The notes beneath the pieces were generated by a model. The model was not told the origin of the DNA and made no database searches. It was given only the letters and a program-made list of their open reading frames with translations. 64,000 bases of DNA from Candidatus Poribacteria bacterium. GTDB lineage: Bacteria; Poribacteria; WGA-4E; WGA-3G. This document shows, one piece after another, positions 27,802 through 36,118 of the stretch. The stretch's first letter is position 1. Each line of letters opens with the position of its first letter. The translations under genes were made by a program, and so were the position numbers. Location: contig OY764016.1 of assembly GCA_963667805.1 (NCBI GenBank), positions 2,077,381 to 2,141,380 of the forward strand, given 5' to 3'.

Positions 27802-30717
27802 CTATTCCAAGTGTGTAAGTTTCAATCCAGAGAGTGGTGTGAAATCTTTTATCGGGTTTCCTCTAATCCGCAATTGCCGAAGTTCCTTCAAACCCGCTAA
27901 TGGACGCAGGTCAGAAATGTCGTTATGTGACAGATGCAAGATTTCAAGTTTTTTCAACCGCGCCAATGGGCTTATATCCGAAACCTTGCTATTCTCCAGC
28001 GTGAGGTCCTCTAAATTGATGAGATTCGCTAACGGACGCAGATCAAGGGTGGGTGTGTTTGGAAAGATATCTGAGAGATATAAAGCTTTAAGCGTCGTTA
28101 AGTTGGTAAGTGGGCGGAGGTCTGTTATCGGATTGTCCCTAAGGTCGAGTTCCCTAAGATTCGTCGCAAACTCCAAACCCGTGAGGTCAAAAATCCCCTT
28201 ACCCGCAACATCGATGTCACCGACCGCTTGCATTCGCTCTTTTGTCAGCGGAACATCAGGCAACAGCCCGATTTCACCGCGAACAGCGGTCCGTAATGCT
28301 GGGTCGGGCATCCATGCCTCAGCCAGATCTGTTTGTCCTGTTGTCTGTCCGATAACATCGTATTTCAGGTTTGTCAGGTTCAATCCAGAGAGTGGTGTGA
28401 AATCCTTTACCGGATTCCCTTTGAGCAACAATGTCCGTAGTTCCGTCAGCCCTGATAGGGGTCGGATGTCGGAAATGCCACTATTTAAAAGATCCAAGGT
28501 TTGAAGTTCTTTCAACGCCGCTAACGGACTTATATCCGAAACCTTTATCGGATTGTTAGAAATGTTGAGGTCTGTAAGATTCAATCCAGAGAGTGGCGTC
28601 AAATCTCTTATTGGATTTCTCTCAAGCCACAATTGCCGCAGTTCCGTCAGCCCCGCAAGTGGATGCACATCCTCAATTTGATTATTCGAGAGATGCAAGC
28701 GGCGAAGTTTCTTTAACCCCATCAGCGGACGGATATCCGAAATCCAGTTTCCCTCCAAGGACAGCATCTCTAAGTTAATGAGAGTCGCCAACGGACGCAG
28801 ATCCAGATCTGTCGGACGGACAGGGACGTGCCAGAGATGTAGCCCCACGAGTTGTGTCAAATTCGACAGTGGACGTAAGTCTGTTATCGGATTCTGGCCC
28901 AAGTATAATTCCCTAAGATTCGTTGCGAACTCCAATCCTGTGATGTCCAAGATGCCTTTGTCACGCGCATAGAGGTAGTCCAAACCCAGCATCTTTTCTT
29001 TTCTCAAGGGGATGTCGGGTAGCAGTCCGATTTCACCGCGAATCACCGCACGCAACGCGGGGTCGGGCATCCACGCCTCGGAAGGCCGTGTTTGCGCTGC
29101 TGGGTCCGATACAGCATCGTATTTCAACTCTGTGAGATTCAATGCCGACAGCGGTCTGAAATCTTTTGCTGGGTTCCCTTTGAGCAACAATATCCGCAGT
29201 TCTGTCAGTCCTGTCAGCGGACTTAAGTCTCCAACGCTATTGTCTGTAAGGATGAGTTCCGTTAGGTTTTCCAAACCTGTAAGCGGAACAATATTTTCAA
29301 CTCTGTTGTCAAAAAGGTCTAATACCTCTAAACTTTTCAGATTCGCAAGCGGACTTAGATCGCTGACACGATTGTCAGCCAAATTTAGGTAGGTCAGGGA
29401 AGTCAACGACCGCAGTGGCGATACATCGGTCACTTGATTATTCCAGAGACTTAACCCGATTAGGTTCGTTAGGGTGGTGAGAGGTCTCAGATCTGTTACT
29501 TGGTTAGCGCCCATATTGAGATGCCTCAAAGTGGTGAGCGTCGTGAGAGGACTTAAGTCGATAACATAATTACCCGCGTCTCCTAAATGTAAATGCACTA
29601 AATTTTGAGCGAATTCTAAACCCGTTATATCGGCAATACCTCTTCCCTCGGCGATTAGACGCTCCAATCCTTGTATATCCTCCTTCGTCAACGGCACCGT
29701 TTCAGGCAGTCCGAGTTCCTCTCGAATCGCCGTACGCAATGCGGGGTCGGGCATCCAGTGGGTCTGCGTATCTTCTGGATGCACAGGCGCAATGGACGTT
29801 GAAACGCTTTTGGAAACCTGTAATCCGTTACCGATGGTATTCTCAACGGGCACGACGGCACGTCCACTTTGATTGCGGAGTGCCGGTTTCGCGTCGGTCT
29901 CTAAGACAATAGACACGTCCACGATTTCAATGGTCGGTTCAGATTTTGCCTCGAAACTATAGGGTCTCTGAAAACGGGTGAGATGTTGGTTGCTGAGTCC
30001 GATCAAAAATAGAATCAGGACCGCAGCGGCACCAAACGCCGCCCATGGGAGCAACGGTTTCGTAGCCGAGGGAGGGGTCAGTTTCAAGTCAGCGACTTGC
30101 TGCATGACGTTCTGGGTTAAATTCGCTGATATCTGCACACCGCCGAGCACTTCTTGAACCAAGGCATCTTCTTTCTCCCGTAACCGTTTTCGTGCCCGAC
30201 TGAGTCGACTACTGATCGTCTTTACGGAAACGCCCAAGAACTTACTAATCTCCTTCATTGTCATTTCGCCGAGATAGAAAAGCGTCATGACGGTGCGTTC
30301 ACTCTCCGGCAGTTTTTCCAGAAGTTTTTTGACGACTTCACGCCGGCGTTCCTCGGCTTCTGCTTCGCGGTGCTCCGATAGATAGTGAGTATAGGAGAGC
30401 TTTTCTACTTCATCCACGCGTGTGTCCTCCAGCGATTGCGTCGCAAATTTTTGTTTTCGCAGCCAATTCAGGCAACGTCGATTCGCGATGACATAGAGCC
30501 ATCCGGCAAATTGATGGAAATCTTTGAGCGTCGGGAGTTTTTTATAGACTTGGAGGAAGGTGTCTTGCGTAATCTCTTCAGCATAATGAAAATCGCCGAT
30601 CTTGCGCCATACAAGCGCATGAACGCTTTTTTGGTACTTTTCGACCAAGATGCTGAACGCTACATCATCCCCTGATAAAATTCTCTGTATCAATTGAACA
30701 TCGTCTTCTCTTGCCAT
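27802..30717 (-). CDS. ECF-type sigma factor fused to a TM helix and three extracytoplasmic LRR modules
   Basis: Region 2 (AEEITQDTFLQVYKKL, FAGWLYVIANR) and region 4 (LPESERTVMTLFYLGEMTMKEISKFLGVSVKTISSRLSRARKRL); TM PWAAFGAAAVLILFLIGL; three WMPDPALR-capped LRR blocks. Confidence 0.88.
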   Translation of the reverse strand: MAREDDVQLIQRILSGDDVAFSILVEKYQKSVHALVWRKIGDFHYAEEITQDTFLQVYKKLPTLKDFHQFAGWLYVIANRRCLNWLRKQKFATQSLEDTRVDEVEKLSYTHYLSEHREAEAEERRREVVKKLLEKLPESERTVMTLFYLGEMTMKEISKFLGVSVKTISSRLSRARKRLREKEDALVQEVLGGVQISANLTQNVMQQVADLKLTPPSATKPLLPWAAFGAAAVLILFLIGLSNQHLTRFQRPYSFEAKSEPTIEIVDVSIVLETDAKPALRNQSGRAVVPVENTIGNGLQVSKSVSTSIAPVHPEDTQTHWMPDPALRTAIREELGLPETVPLTKEDIQGLERLIAEGRGIADITGLEFAQNLVHLHLGDAGNYVIDLSPLTTLTTLRHLNMGANQVTDLRPLTTLTNLIGLSLWNNQVTDVSPLRSLTSLTYLNLADNRVSDLSPLANLKSLEVLDLFDNRVENIVPLTGLENLTELILTDNSVGDLSPLTGLTELRILLLKGNPAKDFRPLSALNLTELKYDAVSDPAAQTRPSEAWMPDPALRAVIRGEIGLLPDIPLRKEKMLGLDYLYARDKGILDITGLEFATNLRELYLGQNPITDLRPLSNLTQLVGLHLWHVPVRPTDLDLRPLATLINLEMLSLEGNWISDIRPLMGLKKLRRLHLSNNQIEDVHPLAGLTELRQLWLERNPIRDLTPLSGLNLTDLNISNNPIKVSDISPLAALKELQTLDLLNSGISDIRPLSGLTELRTLLLKGNPVKDFTPLSGLNLTNLKYDVIGQTTGQTDLAEAWMPDPALRTAVRGEIGLLPDVPLTKERMQAVGDIDVAGKGIFDLTGLEFATNLRELDLRDNPITDLRPLTNLTTLKALYLSDIFPNTPTLDLRPLANLINLEDLTLENSKVSDISPLARLKKLEILHLSHNDISDLRPLAGLKELRQLRIRGNPIKDFTPLSGLKLTHLE

Positions 30718-30905
30718 CAGGATTCTCCATGATTCATGAACAGGTTTCGCAGCCTTGAACGTCCCTTCGCGCTGTTTTCATTTGGAAGGATCGCGTTGCC
30801 AGGATCTGTAAGCAGGTGTCGTCTATGTGCTGAATTTGCATACAATTGTAGCACGTAGAATTCAAAGACTGCACCATTTAATGTGGGCCCTCATCTTCCC
30901 TGTTG

Positions 30906-30939
30906 TTAAAGACACAATTTTTTGTCAAAAGTCTGCACC
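30906..30939 (-). promoter_or_regulatory. Conserved motif upstream of ECF gene 27802-30717 (putative ECF promoter or operator)
   Basis: Minus strand TGCAGAC-TTTTG-ACA-AAAAATTGTGTCTTTAA; the last 17 nt are identical to 38921-38937. Confidence 0.6.
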
Positions 30940-31106
30940 AATTTAACACAAGTCGCTATTTTTAAAGAATACGGAATAGCATTCATACCTCTCAAACGCG
31001 CCATTAAAGATAGAAAGGGCAGAAACCCTCTAATTTCCACCCTCCTTTTTTATAACCGCGTCAACGCGCTTCTACTTACAGTTTGTATCAAATGACCCCA
31101 TGATCG

Positions 31107-31129
31107 CTATAGACATATTGCTCCGCTGG
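31107..31129 (-). repeat. CAGCGG...TCTATAG small dispersed repeat
   Basis: ccagcggagcaatatgtctatag; related copies at 57502-57525 (+) and 52513-52536 (-). Confidence 0.55.
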
Positions 31130-31171
31130 AGCAAAGAGATTTCTTGATGCCTAAGGGCGTGGTGTGTTTTT

Positions 31172-31242
31172 CTAGGAGCGAGCTGGGCTCGCGAGTGTTT
31201 TCGGGCATAAGTCAGGGGTCGCGAGTAAAACTCGCTCCTACA
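31172..31242. repeat. Inverted doublet of GTAG-family REP sequences (REPIN-like)
   Basis: TAGGAGCGAGCTGGGCTCGCGA faces the reverse complement GTAGGAGCGAGTTTTACTCGCGA; each is a short palindrome preceded by (G)TAG. Confidence 0.7.
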
Positions 31243-31402
31243 AGGAGGTTTGGTTTTGACCAAATGTTTACACACCCTGTCGACTGAGGGACAGCTGACG
31301 CTCAATGAGGTTCAAAAAGCTGCCTCAATTTAACCCGCTCATCAGCGATGATTGGGAAGCTAATGAACATCAGCGTCCCAACTCTCCTATGGTCATCTGA
31401 TA

Positions 31403-34400
31403 TTATTTCAAAATCAGCATCTTCCGCGTAGCAGAGAAATCTCCGGCTGTGAGTGTATAGAAATAAACACCACTGGCAACGCGTTCACCGACAGTGTTTC
31501 TGCCGTCCCAATAGGCGGCGTGACTCTGACTCGTGTAGTAACCTTCACGTTGATGTCCGAGATCCAAATGCCGGATGACGGTACCGCGTGCGTCATAGAT
31601 GGTAATCCGCACATCACTGGGGTTCGCCAAATGATACGGTATCCATGTCTCTGGATTGAACGGATTCGGATAGTTAGGCAGTAGTGCCGTCTCTTTTGGC
31701 ACCAACGAGGCTAAGAGGCGTTGAAGGTTCGCAATGCCCGCTTGGAAGACAAGAGAGCCGTCATCCTCAACTTGTGCCTGCTCTATCCATGCCTGTATTA
31801 TCGCAGGATCCAATCCTTCTATACTGTCCACAGATAGCATCGAAGGGGCAGCTAAGCCGTTTGATCCACCCATATTCTGGGAAACAAGAATGAGATCCAA
31901 GATGTTCACAATTCCGTCGCCATTTAGGTCAACATCCGAGTTGGCGGGGACGGTTTTTCCAAGGTGGCGAGCCACAAGCACCATATCCAGAATGCTTACC
32001 TGACCATCTCGATTCACATCCCCGGTCGTCTGTTCTCCCTTTACAGTAATGACGACCTCATGCGGTCCTGCATCTATGGGCTTACCGGTGATAGCAGCGA
32101 GTTGAAAGTTATCGAGTCTCAATTGTGTTCGTCCAGCTGTTTTTGCTGTAAATGTCACCGACAACAGCGTGCCTGTGCCGCTAACCCCATCTTCACCGAG
32201 TCGCGCTGAACTCAGACCTTTAATCTTACCCGCTCTATTATCAATCGTCCCTCTCTGGAAGAAGGTCGCTCCACCCCCTGTTTTCAGGAAATCGCCTTCG
32301 TTGACTTCAACGGCTTCAAGTATTTTTGGATCATAAGCGATATCAAATTGCCATCCCGCTAAATTGTAGATATCCTCTGCCCTAATTTCAAGCGTGAAGG
32401 TATCGCCAGCATCGATGATAGGTTGCGAAAAGGCGTATTCGACACGCGGGTTTAACACGGTATATTCTGCCTCAGGGTTAAACCCCCAAAAACCGTTCCC
32501 GCCCGTTCTTGTGGCAACTAATAAGACATTCACGCCCTCTTTGAGCGTAACAGGAACGAAATGTTGGTAATCTTCACCGCGTGCGCCTTTAAGTTTCTCA
32601 TGGACCAAAACACCGTTAAGCCACGCTTTACCACCACCGTCATTCCCAGCAAACAGCGTTACCTCTTGTTGTCGCGGTGAATACAGGACGACACATCCAT
32701 AGATAACGCCGGGCACAAAAGGTCCTGCTAACGCCTCCGCCGTTAACACCGTCTCAATGTTATTCCGCCCTGTAGGTGATATTGTGCCGGAATACCAGAC
32801 GCTATTTCCAACAGGGTTGCCTTCAGTCGCGCCATGGGTTGAAACCTTTACTTCTGTCACCGCGCCACCACTCGCTTCTGCGAGAACATCTAAATTTGCG
32901 AGAAGATCATCATTAGGATTCTCCAGCTTCCCCAGAACAGCACTTCTAATATCTGGCTCTGGCACCAGCACCCATAACCAAGGACCCTCTATTTTGGGAC
33001 CGCCTTCCGGGAAACCTGGATTGGTGTGATTAATGATCGTTACATCCTCGCTGAATCCATCTAAAGGCGAAAAGTCGGATATCTCATTTCCGCCAATATG
33101 CAACCATGTCAGGTTCTTTAACTTTGTAAGGGGCGATATATCCGATATGTTATTTTCTGAAAGTTCCAGCCACTTCAAGCCGGTTAACGTCGCTAAGGGC
33201 GATATATCCGATACGGGGTTGCCTGCAACACCTAAGCGCGTTAACCCTGTCAATTTCGCCAAGGGAGAGACATCCGATACCCCGCCTCCGAGAAGATAGA
33301 GTTCTTTCAAATTTTTTGCGCCTTCCAGGGTGGATACATCAGGCTCTCCACCACAAATATCTATGACCTCGAGTTCTACGAGTGGCGACAGGTCGGACAC
33401 AGGATTGCCCCAAGAATCAAACCGCTTCAAGTTCGGCAATCCCGCCAGAGGTGAGAGATCCGATATATTGTTATGACTCACCTTTACGTGCCTAAGATTT
33501 GTTAATCCCGCCAGAGGCGATAAGTCACTTATTTCATTGGCACTGATATCCAAAAGATCCAGTTTTGTTAATCCCGCCAGCGGAGATAGGTCAGATATTT
33601 GGTTGCTCTCAATTTTTAACCATTCCAAATTTGTTGCAAACTCAAGTCCCGTCAAATCGCGGATGCCCATTTCTTCAGGAGAAATCCGATGTAACCACGT
33701 CATATCTTCCACTGTGATTGGGGCATTTGGTGTTTTTCCAAGATTTTCTTCAATGAACGCACGCAAATTCGGGTCGGGGATGTGGACAGATGCCCCAGGG
33801 ATACGTTCCGTCTGCGGGTCGACCGAAATCGCTACATCCGGGAAATCCAAGGCAAACACGATTTCACTAAACTTCGATGTCCATGTATCTCTTTTCATTG
33901 TGCCATTTTCTAAGACTAATACCCCTAAACTTTTCAAATTCGCGGAGGCACGAATCTTTTGGAGGAACACCTCGGTTTGCAACCCAACGGCGGCAGCGGC
34001 ATACGCCGCATCCACCGGTCTCTGAAACGCCTCGTGGAATCGATGAACGGGTTCAATTCCTCCAAAGACATCGCCGGTCGCTTTCAGGGCTTGTTTGTAG
34101 CGTTCGGTATCCTCCGCCAAGAGTCCCGCCATCGTGGTTTTGTCCGTATAGAGTTGCAACGCCCGGTCTTTGTTAAAGGGTGGATTCGGGTTCTTCTGAA
34201 CAACGTCCCGGACCTGATCTTCAAAATCCTTCATCCCCTCGGTATGGCAACCGATACAGGAGAGTCCGTTGCGGACGGTCGGATCACTCGCAGCCGGGTT
34301 TGAGACGATGTCTATAGGTGCTGCGTCAAGCCGTCTACCGCCGGCATCAGCGAGATAGTATGCCTGTAAGCCGTTAGGAAGATTGAAAATGTTTTCGCCC

Positions 34401-35467
34401 CCGTCGTGTGTGAAAGACAAGGGATGTGTAAAGATGTTCTGGGCCCCTACACTCCCCGCAAAGTCGTAGCTTTTCCAATACGCACCATACCGAGAGATAT
34501 GGCGTTCCACGACGCGATTGTGATTCGATACACCCGAATCGCTGAATCCCGCACGCCAGACGCGTTTTCCCGCGGCGTTCCGAAGATTTTCAACAACATT
34601 CACCTCAAGCCGTTCCTCTAATTCCCGATCAGTTTCCGGAAGATTCAAAATGTCGTGGTAGAGGGGCGGTAAGGAAGCATTCGCAAGGAACCAATCCACA
34701 TGAATAAACGGCACTTCACAGTCCATTGCTTCCCGCAAACTCGTTAGTTTTTCACGTAGATTTGTCTGTGTCGGGGCATTGAACTCAACGCTATACGGAT
34801 ACACCTGTTCAATCTGTGTCCATCTATTGGTTCCGATCTCCCATTCGTAGTCCCGGAGGTCAATATAGAAAATCGTTTCTTCTGGGTCAATAGGCTGTGG
34901 TCTGATCACCTCGCGTCCCCAAGAGAGGCTATTCACGAGTTTCGAGAGTGCGCGTTGATAGGCATGCAATGCCTCAGCTGTCTCACCGGCGTTATAGAGA
35001 TGGGTGAGTGTGAAATAGCGTGCGAAGGTGCGGTCGAACGGAGAAAGCGAGTTGACGTGCTTTTCAATGGTATCCAGCATCCGCTTGGGCGTGATGAAGG
35101 TGCCATCTGTCGCAGAGGTGCCTTCCCAATTCGGCGCGCCGGCTTGGATCCAGTTGCCGATTGTCAGAATCGCCGCGGGTGGCAGTTGCGGTTGACCGAG
35201 TGGCATCCGTTTCGCTGGATCATTTGTGAGGAGTCGTTTATAGAGTTCAGATTCTATCGGTTTCCCTGGAACGACTGCTCCTGTTTGGAGGAGTGCTGTG
35301 TGATCAATGATGATTTCTTCAGTAAATGCGCCGTGTTCTCCATGGCAGTCGAGGCAACTTTGCTCAAAAATCGCATACGCCTGCTGCGCGAGGTTCTGTT
35401 GTGCATTAGCACTCTGATATCCCAAGATAAATGTGAATACAAGACTAATTTTGATGAAATTCTTCAT
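31403..35467 (-). CDS. Diheme cytochrome/LRR/PA14-like/cohesin/dockerin/CTD protein (paralogue C)
   Basis: Start moved to MKNFIKISL (AAGGGAG RBS); CLDCH and CIGCH; same domain order as paralogue A. Confidence 0.85.
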   Translation of the reverse strand: MKNFIKISLVFTFILGYQSANAQQNLAQQAYAIFEQSCLDCHGEHGAFTEEIIIDHTALLQTGAVVPGKPIESELYKRLLTNDPAKRMPLGQPQLPPAAILTIGNWIQAGAPNWEGTSATDGTFITPKRMLDTIEKHVNSLSPFDRTFARYFTLTHLYNAGETAEALHAYQRALSKLVNSLSWGREVIRPQPIDPEETIFYIDLRDYEWEIGTNRWTQIEQVYPYSVEFNAPTQTNLREKLTSLREAMDCEVPFIHVDWFLANASLPPLYHDILNLPETDRELEERLEVNVVENLRNAAGKRVWRAGFSDSGVSNHNRVVERHISRYGAYWKSYDFAGSVGAQNIFTHPLSFTHDGGENIFNLPNGLQAYYLADAGGRRLDAAPIDIVSNPAASDPTVRNGLSCIGCHTEGMKDFEDQVRDVVQKNPNPPFNKDRALQLYTDKTTMAGLLAEDTERYKQALKATGDVFGGIEPVHRFHEAFQRPVDAAYAAAAVGLQTEVFLQKIRASANLKSLGVLVLENGTMKRDTWTSKFSEIVFALDFPDVAISVDPQTERIPGASVHIPDPNLRAFIEENLGKTPNAPITVEDMTWLHRISPEEMGIRDLTGLEFATNLEWLKIESNQISDLSPLAGLTKLDLLDISANEISDLSPLAGLTNLRHVKVSHNNISDLSPLAGLPNLKRFDSWGNPVSDLSPLVELEVIDICGGEPDVSTLEGAKNLKELYLLGGGVSDVSPLAKLTGLTRLGVAGNPVSDISPLATLTGLKWLELSENNISDISPLTKLKNLTWLHIGGNEISDFSPLDGFSEDVTIINHTNPGFPEGGPKIEGPWLWVLVPEPDIRSAVLGKLENPNDDLLANLDVLAEASGGAVTEVKVSTHGATEGNPVGNSVWYSGTISPTGRNNIETVLTAEALAGPFVPGVIYGCVVLYSPRQQEVTLFAGNDGGGKAWLNGVLVHEKLKGARGEDYQHFVPVTLKEGVNVLLVATRTGGNGFWGFNPEAEYTVLNPRVEYAFSQPIIDAGDTFTLEIRAEDIYNLAGWQFDIAYDPKILEAVEVNEGDFLKTGGGATFFQRGTIDNRAGKIKGLSSARLGEDGVSGTGTLLSVTFTAKTAGRTQLRLDNFQLAAITGKPIDAGPHEVVITVKGEQTTGDVNRDGQVSILDMVLVARHLGKTVPANSDVDLNGDGIVNILDLILVSQNMGGSNGLAAPSMLSVDSIEGLDPAIIQAWIEQAQVEDDGSLVFQAGIANLQRLLASLVPKETALLPNYPNPFNPETWIPYHLANPSDVRITIYDARGTVIRHLDLGHQREGYYTSQSHAAYWDGRNTVGERVASGVYFYTLTAGDFSATRKMLILK

Positions 35468-35583
35468 GTATCTCTTTCTCCCTTCTTGAAAGAGTGAGCT
35501 GGACTCGAGATGCCCTTTGGCTGTCGTTGGACTGTCCAGTTTAAAATTCGGGTTGTTCGTAGCGGTGCAATTCACGCGCCCTG

Positions 35584-35607
35584 GTGGAAGCGATACATCG
35601 CTTCTAC
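35584..35607. repeat. REP-like palindrome
   Basis: GTGGAAGCGAT-AC-ATCGCTTCTAC. Confidence 0.55.
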
Positions 35608-35623
35608 GAACCCTACGGATGCC

Positions 35624-36025
35624 TTAATCCGTCAAGACCTTCCAGAGCCAGAGCACTGCTCCCAGCGATACGCCCCAGCCTATTGCTGACCTCTCTATCC
35701 GTTGGTTCTTGATGGAGCGTTTGTATTCATCAGTATAGGTGTGAACGTATGTAGAAGACTTGCCTAACAGTCGATGACTTGGAACTGTCGGGTTATTTAC
35801 GCTTGCATAGACGATAGCAAACATCCAGCACCCTGCCCCATAAGCGAACCAACGCAAGCCTGCGTCGTGCCATGCATCGCGTCTGGCATCTTCTTGCGCG
35901 TGTTGGATGAGTTGGGCGATCGGATCGTGTGGCTCTGTCATCGCTTCTACTGGGAGTATGTGCATAGGGACGCTGATCAGTATAAGGATTATCATTATTG
36001 TGATGCATCTGAAAATGAGGTTCAT
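35624..36025 (-). CDS. Short member of the PERLLGKS membrane-protein family (copy 6)
   Basis: Signal-like N-terminus; AQEDARRDA..WFAYG; PSHRLLGKSSTYVHTYT. Confidence 0.65.
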   Translation of the reverse strand: MNLIFRCITIMIILILISVPMHILPVEAMTEPHDPIAQLIQHAQEDARRDAWHDAGLRWFAYGAGCWMFAIVYASVNNPTVPSHRLLGKSSTYVHTYTDEYKRSIKNQRIERSAIGWGVSLGAVLWLWKVLTD

Positions 36026-36118
36026 AGGTTCTCCTTCATACCTAAGGCATTTGCGATATTGACGAGATCAAACAACATTGATAACATCAGCGCCGTTGAG
36101 ACCGGCAGATGTGGCTAT

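Noticed and set aside
27725-28504. 259-aa plus-strand ORF and similar ORFs (14974-15552, 33537-34025, 62939-63514, 54775-55236, 57065-57538)
   Set aside because: Antisense or alternative-frame shadows of well-supported genes, with no recognisable motifs or RBS.
16690-29800. CRISPR array
   Set aside because: All periodic repeats here are in-frame coding repeats (WD40, LRR). There is no repeat-spacer array with unique spacers and no cas gene.
31072-31305. 77-aa ORF in the spacer upstream of the ECF gene
   Set aside because: It runs through two repeat elements, lacks an RBS and has no protein-like features.
19385-35467. Diversity-generating retroelement acting on the repeated C-terminal domains
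   Set aside because: No reverse transcriptase ORF, and differences between repeated blocks are not adenine-specific.
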